A DNA stretch of 64,000 nt. It comes from Raillietiella orientalis. Its lineage: Eukaryota. Positions 27,166 to 39,751 of this stretch are shown piece after piece. The stretch's first letter is position 1. Every line of letters starts with the position of its first letter. Location of the stretch: assembly GCA_036172245.1 (NCBI GenBank), contig JAYWIR010000077.1, forward strand, positions 62,001 to 126,000. Direction: 5' to 3'. The notes beneath the pieces are model-generated. The model saw nothing but the letters and a program-made list of their open reading frames with translations. It made no database searches and was not told the origin of the DNA. Made by a program: the position numbers and the translations under genes.

Positions 27166-28837
27166 ACCCATTTCAAGACTCCATGGGTGGACCGAGCAGG
27201 GCATCAGTGCCACCTGCGATAGAGTTTGCGAAGATTTTTGGGAAGGTCGGCGATTCCCCGTCGTGCAAGAGTGAACAATCTCTGCGTACATTATGTAGAA
27301 ACAGGAATGGGAATGATTTCCTCTCAGATTGCTCAGTTTGTTTGTATTTCACTGTATACCCTCGATGTTAGGGCACATCAGTGCTTCAGACATTTATGGT
27401 GTTCATCAAGAGCATAACCAAAAGCGGTTTCTCCCTCAAGGAAATTGAGGGAGAACTAAAATACACATCTCATTCCATGCCGGATGTAACATCAATACAT
27501 TCAAATAAAGCTTTGCATGCTGCGTATGATGAACCATTCTATTTGGTGGACGCTGCAACTGCGTATGTTCATGCCCTCTTTGTTTGCTAGGAAATTAAGA
27601 AACGAACAAAGCCCGAATTTGCCACATTTCTCTCCGATCTGTCAGCCCGCAATTTTCAAATCTTTGCATCTTCAGAGGGTTATCTGCACCTGCGCCAGGA
27701 CAGCAATAGTTCGGTGAACTTGAAAGGCGACTGGGATATTGCCCGAAGACTGCAGTGAGGTTGCGGGTTCTCGCAACCACGCAGTAGTTTCACTTATGCA
27801 AATCCGCCCTGGTTCCCATCTTGATGAACACCACTTTCCACGGCTGATACGCCTAATGCACGTCATGAGACCCCCGAATAGCTCTGAGCGCGTGGAACTC
27901 TACATTTCGAGGAATGTTTTTGAATCCTGATCTTGATAAGGGGATTCCTTTTTTCCCTCTTGGAGAGCTCTTCTCGATAACACGATTAACATTTACTTTC
28001 GCTGTCGACCGAACTTATTGGGAAGACGATGACGTAGAGTGCCCCATTTCGTAGTTATGCAATTCTGGTACCGCGAGCTCTGACTGTTTCCCGAGTTGAT
28101 ATGTGATGAAGAACGAATTCAGTGGCTTCCTTAGCACGGCGTTCTTGGAATGAAAACTAGCCTTTCTGGAAAGGAAAACGTCTTCTCATCTTTGCTCTCG
28201 TACCTTTTCTGCTTTTCTCACAAGAGAGAAAAACAAAACAAAACAAGGCACCAATGCATTACGTTTTTTCTGACAAAGTTTGAATCGTCAGCATCGGATA
28301 ATGCTACTATCTCCTCTTTGAATGCAACTCGCTACTTCAGCTCTCCGTTTGTGACGTAGCACAGAGGGTTCCGTGAACGCACGTGAAATCGTGGAAGGAT
28401 GGGATTCTTCGTAGGGTCTCTTGTGTAAAAGTCAGAAAATTCCTTGGAATAGAAAAATGCAAATCCTTGCTATCTATGTGAGAGCAATTTCAAATTCGAC
28501 GAATTGTCGATGACTTCGATAGTTCGACAAGGGGTCGCTTCGGATATGTCATCGGAAGCATTCCCGTCTGTTGCGGTGATTATTGGTACGTTTCAAGCTG
28601 CTGCAAGTGTGCTCTGTGCAGCATAAATTCAAAGTTTGGGAAGTGGTAGTCTGTTTTGATGAATGCTCCCTCACATTGCGAAATCTAGGAATCCTGAGTG
28701 ACCAGAAGGCACAGACTATCGAGGATCGTGTGAAAGAATCAGAACTCTCATATTCTACCGAAAATGCACGTGCTGACAAAACAAGGGAGCAGTCGCAGAC
28801 GGAAGCTTTTCAGAGCTGCGACAATAAAGATTTTTAA
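27166..28837 (+). CDS. Possible uncharacterised multi-exon gene
   Basis: Exon-like blocks join in frame: DPFQDSMGGPSRASVPPAIEFAKIFGK|gtcggc ... ttag|GTSVLQTFMVFIKSITKSGFSLKEIEGELKY...DAAT|gtatgt. An acidic terminal block ends at TAA 28837. No family was recognised. Confidence 0.25.
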
Positions 28838-30849
28838 CTCGCAATCGTGCATTCATAACGAAAAGAGCACAAGTAATTTGCAGTATCTGACGAGCTGAAA
28901 GGAGATTAGGTTCACTGTAGGAGGGTCTGCTCTGAACGCACATGCAAATTCGCATGTCTTCGGAGGGAAAGTCTCCGTTGTACTGCATGTCTGCTTTGTC
29001 TGATCCAAGCATTCAGTGTTTGCAGTTCCTCTGGAATGCCAAAATACACCGCAAAACAACTACAGTAGGTGGTCTAAACATGCTATGAGGAGGGAAACTT
29101 GACAAGCTTTGTGCCATATCGTTTAGTTTTCCTATCAACCACTGCTCTGAATTTCTTTGTGCACGCTTATTAAGATTTTGTTGTTGGAAAAGCTGCATGT
29201 TCAAGACGTTCCACTTACAAGATTCCAACTGGATTTAAGTTTGAATGAGTTTGAAAATGAGGCACAATAAAGTACTACTTCGGAAAGTTGAACTTTTCAA
29301 GATCGGGAATTTAATACATCAAGTTCGTCTCAAATGAACGATTATTGCGACTATTACGATCAATTAAGTTGACTGTTGAGCAGAAAGTGGTAGCCATTAC
29401 AGTGGTTGCATGAACTGAAACGTTCACCATGTAAACCTTACACAGATGCACTTCAAGCATGATAGCGATAGCCCAGGTAGCATGAATTTGCAGTATCTAT
29501 GCTTTCTGTACACTTATTAAGTTCTCTGAACGTCTGAGTGCTTAGTTCGCAATGGATAACCAGTAAAGCCCAGTGGAGAAATAGCGATTCCTTCAGGTGA
29601 TCTATAAACACTTTGGAAATCCCACTGAAATAATCATCTCTCGAAAGCTGAACATAACTCGCGAAAGTTGCAATGGAAATGTTATGTGACTCTAGGGCTA
29701 GTAAAGAAATGGGATAAAAGTCCACAAAAAAGTGAATTTCCTCAATTTGTAATCCTGGAAGGTCTGTCGTAATTACATTTCAGAGCTCCCGATTCCATTG
29801 CAAACGGATGCCTGCAAATTGCAAGCAATTTTTGGTGACGAATAAGAAATTCAATCAGAAAATAAAAAAGACCGATGTTAACCCTCCATAACTCCTCACT
29901 TACTCATTCATCACATTTCTGGATTTCGCAATAATTTCGGAATTTGCGGCCTTATCCTCAGAGTACTTTTACCGCCTTCGAGATATAAGCGATGCATCGT
30001 GGTTAGAATTCTCTTGCATCAATTCTGTCTTGAATCTAGAATCACAGGATTCCTTTGTATTCGTATGATCGACTATTGGAATTAGCTGCAAATCGAAATT
30101 ATTTATTTGATTTATTCTTATTTATTCGATTCTGGATGCTGTTATCGAAAATATTATGTCACCCCAAATTTTTGAGATCTTGAAGGGGAAAAAGTCATGT
30201 GAAAATGCATCTTTTCCGCAAATAGTCTGAGAAAAACACCTGGTATTTCTACTTTTCCATAGTGCCTGGACTCATAGTTTGGCTAGTAGCGCTTCTGTCT
30301 GACCTCAAGAATAACTAGGCTGTCTGACTGTCTGCAGCTATTGCGTCCTTTAATAATGCTACGGCTTTGCAGTCATACAATCAGAACGCTGTTTAAAACC
30401 CCGTGGAGTGACGGTAAGAAGCAATTTACATCTCAAAGTTGCTCGCATTTTACCCCGGAAGCTTCTCAACTCAATGAACTGTTGCCTTTAAGCTCTGAAT
30501 TTTGTTTCTGTGAGCTGGATATTACATAGGAGCTTAATTTCCATTTGAAATTGAATATTCCGTACTGTAATGTATCGAGTACATTTTGATTTGGTTGTTC
30601 CATTAGTTTAGACCATAACTGGAGTAATTTCAGCAAAAAAAGTATAAAATTTCGATTTTATACTTTTCATCATTTCCAATGGTTATTTATCTTCCTATGG
30701 TCATTCATCGTTTCCTATGGTTGCATGGAGTTTTTTTACGATTGCCTAAAATCGTATATTAGAGAAAGCAGCATCTTAACAGTAATGCTCAGAGTGTTCG
30801 TCCGAAATAGTAAAGCAATCATTGAAGCAAATCATTTCTTAATTACTGC

Positions 30850-32160
30850 TGAAGTGCTGAACTGGGAACAGTCATGATTTTAAACTGGTTGTTGTTGATC
30901 CCTTGTGTCCTGGAGAATAGTCAGTAAGCTTTCCAAATTCAAAGTATTCGACAAGTGAAAATGTTGCGCTTGTTTGAATGTTATTATTGATAAAGAGTCC
31001 ATTGTGCAAAGTGATCAAATCCAACATATAATATTGGAGGTTTGAGTGCAGTTTCAGATGTTTAGCTGTGTCTTTTTTTGGATTTGAATGCTCCATGTGT
31101 ATGTCAACTTCACTGAAAAGCAGTTTTAAAGGCCTGGAGAACTGTGATTGCTGAAAATGGCTGCACTGGATTGGTAATTGAGCATTTATGAGTGTGCCAA
31201 AGAATAGCTCATTACATACAGAGTGATCTTTCTTGGTTATACCTGTGGGTGCAAAGCTGCTGCTAACAATTTTAGTCAAGGATGATCTACAAAGTGAAAC
31301 ACTGTTGAATACTTAGGAAAGTTGGTGCTTTATCAATAGTTTGTGTGCCAGATTTTGAAACACATTGACATGCATTTGGAAGTAATACTATGGATCCAGT
31401 TCAGGAGACATCATATGCAGTTAGTGATTCTTAGTAGTTTTAATTTTTGCACAATATTTCAATGCTTCCTGTAATAGGGTTTTCCTTCAAAGACATACTA
31501 TGTTGTGAGCATGTATGCAAGCATACAGTTTCAAAAGGGATGTAGAATGTTACATGTAGAATCAATGGAAAGTTTACACTGTATTAGTTATTTCATTGTT
31601 GTGTTATGCATGTGCTGTTTTGGATGAAAGATACTTTGGAACCATGCATTGAGGAGGTTGGTATCAATGTGGACTTTTTTGGTTGGACCAATCAGCCATA
31701 ATGATTTAATAGAAAACCAGAAGTACCTTATGGATTTGGAGAATGATTATGCAATAGGCAATTTTGTTTGTGAAGTTGAGTAGTGTTGTAATTGATAAAC
31801 CTGGAAAGGGAAAATTCTTACATGGGAAAATTTGTTCCAGGCTGTGCTGAATGAGAAGGAAATCAGTCTAATCAGAATTACCATGTGAATTTCTTGGTTG
31901 ACCAGAAATCTCGTGATTTTTGGAAGCTCTTACAAGAGATCTCTGAAGAAATAAGAATGTAGCATGACTTATGCACAGGGCACGGTGAGAAGAAAACTCA
32001 AAATACACATCAAAGTCTTTGTTGCGAATAAAGGAGCATTGAAAGGATGAAGGACTTAAATGTAGTGATGGAATCATATGGAAGCACATGGAGCACAGTT
32101 TAGATTGAAGCAATTTAGTATTGAAAGGAAAAGGAATAAACTGGAAACTTTGACTCCGCA
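30850..32160 (-). mobile_element. Highly decayed transposon-like remnant (possibly non-LTR ORF2)
   Basis: Zero CpG from 30969 to 31911 with abundant TG/CA, and stop-riddled frames. There is only a faint, frameshifted resemblance to a LINE pre-RT segment (IVQKLK..DVS/PEL..FPK) around 31310-31460. Confidence 0.35.
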
Positions 32161-34062
32161 TTCAATTTTGGGGTACTTGTATCCTATTGAATTAAAATAG
32201 TAACAGGAAATGCAGACTCAGGATCTATCGAAAACGTACTTGTAGCGTATTCTTTTGCAAACCTAAACAAACACTTTGTATCAAAAGGCAAATCGCAATC
32301 GGTAACTGTAGAATGGTATCATCAACAGCATGCGGAGAACGAATTTTTGAACGATGTTTGTGATGCCTGCGTTGTTCTGCTCCGTTTTTAGGCTACATTT
32401 TTTGCACGAATAGTGTCATAAATGGAGTTCAGAAAGTTGTTTTTTTACATGTGTATCCATTCTCTGCTCGTGACGAGCAGAAACGAAAGCTTTTTCGATA
32501 TTAGCCTAGCCTGTTGAATCATATCTGATGCCAATTGCATCCTAATAAGCCTTATACCTACTTGAAGCAGAAAGAGAAAATGGTGATGTCACTTGGCTTT
32601 CTGATGAAATTGCAGACAGGCATCCTGGAAAAAGTTTCGATGCATTTCAACGCATGTTCTGAACATCACTTTGCAGAATTATACGGCCTAGTAGGGCAAT
32701 CACTGTCTTTGTCCCTTCAGTTTTATAGTGTGCACGTGAGTGATGCTCTTTCCCTGTAACTGTGAAAACAGAAACCGAGTCCGTGCATGAAAGATCAACC
32801 GTGCAATTTTTATCATATTAGATAAGTGCATGTGGATCAAGAAAGTTGCGTTACCAACAACGGTCATCAGCAAACCGGCAAGCAGGCTTCAAAGAACTCA
32901 GTGGGCGGATATCAGTGGTGTGAATTGGATTCAATTTGGCCGAAATTCTGACCGATCGGGAAGTGTACGCAATATTTCCGAGCAACGAATTTGTACGTAT
33001 TGTGCTCTGAGAGAATGCGAGGATGCGACAGAGACCTCAGTTCCCATTCACGTGTGATTTTCGTTCGTTTCTTATTCGCAGTTGCCGAGTTGCTATGTGT
33101 GTGCTTGCGTAATGGTGTTGCGATGGGAAAATCAGATGCCTTTTTGTCTGTCGCGGAGTCCGATGTTAGGTTGACAAGCAGTGGTCAAATCAAGCCAGGA
33201 CCGGTTATTGATGATTGCTTCTGAACGTTTTGACTGCGTTGGAATTTTGAACGCGATTTGGGAAACGACGCGATGCGGAGTGTCATTTTTTTTCTTTTTT
33301 TTTCTCTGAACCTCCATCGTCCGTGTTGAGAAGACTGCCGTGCGGCACCGAGTCCGAAAGGGAAGGCGTGTTCTCTGTGAAGAAGCATGTCTTAGCCGCT
33401 CCGGCCATTCGGAGATTCCCCTCATCCGGCTGCTGCAGATACAGTCCACTTTGCTTTTCAATAGGAGTGGAGCCGTTATGAAGGAACTCTACGGTTGCTA
33501 GCCAGCCCCAGCCGACCCAGCGTGTTGTCGGTGCAAAGGGAACTTCGCCGGATGATAAGCTACTCGATGAGAATGCTTCATGCCAGAAAGGGTCCGTGTA
33601 GCGGCTGCAGAAAGGAAGTCAGTCATCCGCAATGATTCTTTGGATCGCAGTCCGATCACTTGATGCATACGGATGCTACCGTGATGCAGCATCCATCCGT
33701 TTTGACTCTTTCAATTTAAGGCGGGCCACAACGTTGGCAGTGTATCGCCACTCTCTCGGTGTCGAATTCCGCAAAGTTTTCCACCAGGGAATCCCACTGT
33801 GTAAAAGACGGAGATTTGCCTTTGGGCAAGAGTTGAATCCTAACGGTGGAAGGGCAGTCGACGGAAAGAAGAGAGGCAATTAACAGTTGCCGAGAATGTC
33901 CCAACTCCTGCGACAGTTCGATTCAACTTTTCCCTAGCGAATGGGATGCAATCGCGATGTGGGGATCATCAGACTGTTTGTTAGCTGTTTCCTTATGGTG
34001 GGTGGGTGCTCATGGATGCTGTTTTTTTGGAACGCGAATGCCGCGTCAGCGGTCGAAATACT

Positions 34063-34078
34063 GGGGGGGGGGGGGGGG
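34063..34078 (+). repeat. Poly-G tract (G16), potential G-quadruplex
   Basis: 16 consecutive G, with a further G7 run at 34102-34108. Confidence 0.9.
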
Positions 34079-34245
34079 TCTCGCATGGGCTGAGGTGAAA
34101 AGGGGGGGAGGAGGTGCAGCGTGATTCCATCCGGATTCGACAACTTGCGTGCACGGACCTTGGGTGAAAATTGATTTGGACCGTCAGGTTGGTTTGCTAC
34201 CGCAAAGGACTTTGTGAGAAGCTTGTGTGACGGCCACTGGTTTCC

Positions 34246-34419
34246 CAGTCCACCATCACAGGAGTCGAAACTGATTGCACGGACAGTCGAAGGGTTCATT
34301 TCAGAAGGAGAGGGATTCGGAAAGCTTCTTTGCACTTCGCGTTGAGTGCCTGTGGTTTCGCTTTTCTGCAGGTTGGTGCAGGCCGTGCAATTAGTTTCGA
34401 CTCCTGTGATGGTGGACTG
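34246..34419. repeat. Inverted repeat, 37-bp arms (1 mismatch), 100-bp spacer
   Basis: Left arm 34246-34282 CAGTCCACCATCACAGGAGTCGAAACTGATTGCACGG; right arm 34383-34419 CCGTGCAATTAGTTTCGACTCCTGTGATGGTGGACTG. Confidence 0.95.
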
Positions 34420-34593
34420 CGTCTTGCGCATTGCCTAGACTGCCATTCCCATCTTGTGAGGATCCCTAAAGTGGCTGCTCCCCAACATTTGAGAGGTGCA
34501 CTCTTGTGCGAGATTAGTGAGAGATTTTGGATGCACTTTGCAAAAGCTTCGGATGCAAACCGTGCGTGTACTGATTCTGCTTTGTGCTTTCAG

Positions 34594-35060
34594 AGTTTGC
34601 TCAGCGTGTTTTATCTCCACTGCCTGTGCCTTCGAAAATTTTATCCTGGGCCTCAGCAGTAAGCCGCTGGAACACGGAGACATTTCGAGCTTCAACTAGG
34701 TCCTTCTTCCATGAAATTGATTATTCCAAAGATCTTGCACGTATTCACAAGAAAGGACCCTTCAAGAAACCGAAGAAAAAAAATCCATTGGGCAATTGCC
34801 CTATGAAGAAAGGAGTGGTGCTTAAAACTTTGATAAGGAAACCAAAGAAACCCAATTCGGCAAACAGGAAATGCGTGTTAGTCCGCTTGTCAAATGGTAA
34901 AGAAATGGTGGCCTTTGTGCCGAACGAAGGCCACAATTTGCAGGAGCATAATAGAGTGATGGTTATTCCGAAAAGAGTGAAGGATCTCCCTGGAGTTAAA
35001 ATTCGTTGTTTGCGAGGTGTCGCTGATCTTCCTCACGTCTCAAAAAAGTCAGTTTATTAA
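34594..35060 (+). CDS. MRPS12: Mitochondrial ribosomal protein S12 (uS12m), main/terminal exon; start exon unresolved
   Basis: Bacterial-type S12 motifs [26 protein letters not shown] and RVKDLPGVK are present. An N-terminal Ser/Arg-rich extension resembles a mitochondrial presequence. The acceptor TTTCAG ends at 34593, and ATTAAA overlaps the stop (35056-35061). Confidence 0.92.
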
Positions 35061-35373
35061 AGACGTGTTGGTGTTCTTCAACCGGCGCTTGGCATGCTTA
35101 ATCCGAGTGGGCCCAAGGGCTTCCGAATGCTCGTTCCCTGTTCGCTGATCCACCTCGAAAGAATTGCAATCAAAGAATGGATACGACCGCGGATGCTGTT
35201 GCCTTTTTTGGTTTTGCTTTTCGAGCGGCGTATTGAACGTCGCCTCAAATACAGGGAACAGCCAGTCGCATTTTCTTGATTCCGGAGGTGCTTCGTCTAG
35301 CGGGAAAGGGTCGCGTAGGAAATAGGTTGTGCTTTGGATCTTGCTGCAGGCTGCGGCTTCCCGATTTCCTGCA

Positions 35374-38300
35374 GCCCTCGTCGATCGTTCCAATTTTTTT
35401 CCCGCTTTCGATGGACATGATCCACGGAAGGTCGTCGATGCGTTGCACATGGAGTTCCGGGCGTTAACCACCTGTCCGGAACAGCTTCCAGGAAAGTGTA
35501 TCCGTATGGATCTTCAGTACGGAAACCCGCAGTGGAGGGCTGAGCAGCTCGAATCGGTTGGTATGGTTCCCGCCTCCAGAATCAAAAGAACAAAAGTTCG
35601 TATTCTCATTTCCATCAGCACTTCGTGGTTCGCTTGGGAAAGTTGCTAACAGAATAGGCAGAAAGCTTTTCGCTGGGGAGGATTCCAAAAAGGGTGCTGC
35701 ATTCGAAGAATTTGTCCGTTTCCGCCAGAAGGTGGCAACCCGGGGTGCGAGGCTCCTCTGCTCAGTAGGAACTTGATGTTCTTTCGCCGAGCCGGGTTCT
35801 CCGGACCTGCAGCCAATGTTTGGAGCATCTGCTCGGGAGACAATGACTTCATCACGATAGAAAATTCGAAATGTGGGGGTGAAGCGAGGAAGCAGTTGCG
35901 CTTTCGCCCTTGAATGCTCGAAATGCTCCCTTCCGGGCTTCGTCGCAGCTTGTAATGGTCATTAAGGCGCGAAACGGAAACTCCCAATCGGCTGCTGTGC
36001 GAGTCTGTGTGCGATTTGCTCGAGGATCTGCATTTGGGGTGCTGCGCTGGAAAACAAGGGAGCACTTCTTTCCTCGCGGCGCAATCAAGGAACGCGTCGT
36101 CAACGTTGTTGTAGGGGAGCTGCCTCTAACGGCGGCAAAAAACGCAAGCAAAAGGAAAGTACCGCAGAATCAAAGGATGCTTAATTTGTCTTTCGAACAG
36201 TAACCAAACAGCGCGAAAGTGGAACGCGCAGGAGGCACCGAGAATAGGGCGTGCCGCTGCGAAATGGCAGAGATCTAATGTACGTCACCGGGGTAGGACA
36301 GATAAAAACGACGCGTCGAAAAAATGAAACGGAAATCTTTGAAAACGGAATCGAAGGACAAGCAGGAGTTGCCTGATGGAATTTGCTGCCATAAGCTCCA
36401 CGGGAAAGATGGACGTATCCTTAATCCGTATCAGCTGGGAAGATTTTCTTTTCGCTCGCGAACCTTTAGGCACTGCAAAGTGGCAGTTGTTTTTCGAAAA
36501 TCATCGTCATTTTTCGGGTCATGCAAATGCCGAACTGAAGACATGAAGAGACCGAATTAGGGGATTCCTCCCCTTAATGAGCCTTGATTATCTGCGTTCA
36601 AATCCATGAAAGTGCCCATATCCTCTGGCATGGGCAGCTTACGTCTCCAATTTGTGGACCTCATTAAGGGACTGCCGTGGAAGGGAGGAAATCTGTGGAT
36701 CGCTGGCTATTGAATTTTTGCGGTGAGCGGCGGGTTGAATCGTTCGCTAATTGATTAGCGTTGCCTCCGCCATGGCTCACCGCGCCCTTTCGTTCGCCGT
36801 AACGACCTACCTGTAATGCAGCAGTGTGTTCCCGACATGTTCCTGCAAATGCTGCGTGGGTTCTGAGCAAAGTGGAAACGGACGGATGGCTGTGCAAGTG
36901 CGACTCCGCCATTCGGAATAAAATAGAGGCCTCGCAATTAATACCTTGGGTCAGAGTGGGCGGCCAGAGCTACGAAAACATTGGATTACTCCGATTCTTT
37001 TGAAATGCACGTTTCCTTCCGAGATTCCAAAGCATGCGGGTGGATGGGAAGAAGGCGACGTGCGTGATTTCGGTTCGTGCCAAGGAAAAGAGACTCTTGT
37101 AATATTGCTCCTCAAACGAGCAACGTAGTGGCGGAATCCACTCAGATTATCCTTAGTAGCTGCTGAAGCAGATGGGTCATTTTTTGCACTCGAAGAAAAG
37201 TCTCGACTGCCCTAGGAACCCGTTTTTATAGATCCGGCTGCTGGGTGTTTCTTTGCGGGCTCTCAGCTTAAGAAACGCTAGCAGGAGGCAAACCATGGTT
37301 TTCTCTGCAACGTTCTACGCAAACTGTCGACATTGCTCAGCCGCGAGATAACGCTTTGCTGAGTGATCTTTGCGTCTTTAGTCTCTGTTAAAGTTTCAAA
37401 GAGGAAGTTGGAGCAGGCTGCGATTAAACGATTTTAGGAGATACGGTAGCCTATCGGATGTCTCGATCTCCGTGACGGCAAGAAAGGGGTATTCGAGGGA
37501 GCTTGTTGAACCGTATTCATTTAGGTAAACTTGTGAAGTTCAAGTCACCCAAGCCACACTGATGCTCGCTGGCGGACTAGCGGGGATGGCAAAAGAAAAG
37601 CAGGTCCTCGTGGGTCCGATGCTGGTGGCTCGTTTTGAACGCGCTCGTGGACGTCTGCAATGGTCGCACTGTCCCGTGGGCGAGAATGGGAGAACCAGAG
37701 CAACGCACCATTCACGCGGTACAAATGTTCCGATGGGAGTGTCTCCTCTATCGTCGAGCAGGCGTTTCCATAGCGAGAAACGTTGAAGCATTGATTCTTT
37801 CTTGGAACGGGCATAACGGAGGAGGCGTTCTTAACCTTTGCAGCGAACGTGGAACGAGACGTGGTTTCGTCGGCATGGGTAGTTCATCGGGAGTATGGTA
37901 AGTTTGGCAGAAGTCTGAAGCTATTCCATCTGAGCATCATCGAGTTTCCTCTGTTATGTTTGCAGCAGGGCAAGCATGTGTCCCTGGTGGGACCAATTTT
38001 GGACTTGGAACAGGTTGAAAGCATTGGCTTCGCTCTTTCTCTTCATTCATCCACAAGATGGCGAGGCGGCCCTACCATGCGTGATTACGGCTGCTTGTGC
38101 GCCTCGTCCATGAGTACTGATGAGCTGAGCAGGCGATGATGTTCATTGCATCGTGTCATCCGTGAATGTCCATCTCACGAAGTCGCTAGGGAGACAACTC
38201 GCTACAATTCTCTTTAGTGCCCATTTTCCTCGTTAATGCGATTAAGCAAGTCTGAGTCCTAATTGCACCCCTTTTCTGCAATTTTCAAGATGTCTAATTG

Positions 38301-39704
38301 GCGGTTCCACGAAACGATCTAGGGTTCGTCGCATTCATCGGCTCATTGAGTGCGTTGTGTCTCTCTGTTCACAAATGGCACTAAGCTCAACAGTCTGAAA
38401 CTGTATAAGAAAATTTCGTCGTAAATAAAAGGGCACATGCATCTCTTATTACTGGCACTACTCCAAGCAGAGGCGTCCTTGTCATTAATTGTGGGAAGTG
38501 ATGAGCGACCCCGGTGTTTTTCAGAAGGGCCTGAGAACTACTGAGCATCGAGGCGTTTTATGGACGCAGAACTGTATATCCGGAATGGATATACTGCTAT
38601 TCCTCTGTCTTCAGTAGTCTTTCTGTCCATTCCACGATCTCAGGATGTGCATTGGAGTCTGCTTTGCAGTCTGCGTGAACCCTTGAAGCGTTCTCGGAAC
38701 TTGCTCGATGGGGAGTTTTTTCGAGCGGGGTTTCAGGAAAAGACGATCGGTTTCCCAGGTGCGGTCCTTACGTCACTCCGACGCTTGCACAAAGCGCTCC
38801 CTGGCAGGTCCTCTATGTAAGACTGCCTCTCGAAGATGAACACTGCACCTTCCTCGGAGAGGTGTGGCAAAGGTGTTTTCAAGTGCTCGGACCTCGAACT
38901 ACTACTGGCCGCTTCAGTAATTTGAGACCATTCGTGTACACCTGTTTCTCACTACGCAAACAAAGTAAAATGAAGAATTTCAGGGAATGTCAGTCTGCCT
39001 CTCAAGACTTGTGAAAATTCGTGCGCAAATCGGGCACACGGCAGATTCCTCTCGGTGGAATTCGTACAGTGCGAAGCATTGTGAAGTAAAAATTGCGGAA
39101 TGCTAGGCAGCCGCCTAGCATTCCGCAATTTTTTGGGGGGGGTTGCACATCCAGCGATGTGCGCGTGGATCGAGCAGTTCTTGTCCACTTCGTAGCTTCC
39201 CTCAAAGCCGATGTGAGCACATGGCGCACGTACATGGCGTGCTGTCCGATCGGCTGCGCGGTGCGGACACAACGAGTGGGCGCTCAGCAGCAGCACCGGC
39301 AAGAACTGCCTTTGGAGTAGGCCCCGAGGCTGCTGTGCTCTCGATGGAGGTGCTGGAAGAGCAAGGAAGATCGCATCCTGAAAACAAGTTTCGCAGGTTC
39401 AGGGGATACGCGCAGTGTTTTTTTTTTTTCATGTTCTTCAGGAATGTGCTCAGTGAGGGATGCTGAGTTCTTGGAGTTGCGCGTTGGGACTGTTGACTTG
39501 CTGTTGACCGTATTCGCCCCTGTGGATGCTGAAGGCAAGAAAATAATGAAAGGTGGGAGCCTCTTTGTGTCCTCGTGTCAAAGAATGCTTCGAAGCACCT
39601 GGAAAGAAAACCACCTCGCTCGAACCCTTATTGCCATGGAGAAGGCTGATGATTGCATCACTGATCTGGCGAGGCTGACTACCCTTGAGCACCCTCCCCA
39701 CTAA
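35374..39704 (+). CDS. Possible uncharacterised multi-exon gene(s) downstream of MRPS12
   Basis: Exon-like blocks include ttcctgcag|..LVDRSNFFPAFDGHDPRKVVDALHMEFRALTTCPEQLPGKCIRMDLQYGNPQWRAEQLESV..|gtatgg and ctttgcag|...GAGTATG|gtaagt (~37844-37897). No homology was recognised. Confidence 0.2.
39088..39133. repeat. Perfect hairpin, 21-bp stem, 4-nt loop
   Basis: AAAAATTGCGGAATGCTAGGC-AGCC-GCCTAGCATTCCGCAATTTTT. Confidence 0.95.
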
Positions 39705-39751
39705 CTAAGACCACTATGTTGTCAACATTTTTGCATCTAAGTTCTACGCTT

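Noticed and set aside
34394..34404. GTTTCGACTCC resembling a tRNA B-box
   Set aside because: Imperfect match, with no cloverleaf or A-box; no tRNA gene was supported anywhere in the window.
23300..36670. Recurrent CCTTAATG homeodomain-like motif
   Set aside because: Only a handful of hits in 64 kb, picked out post hoc; not distinguishable from background.
39088..39134. Rho-independent terminator interpretation of the hairpin plus T run
   Set aside because: The context is intron-containing eukaryotic DNA with no sign of a bacterial insert.
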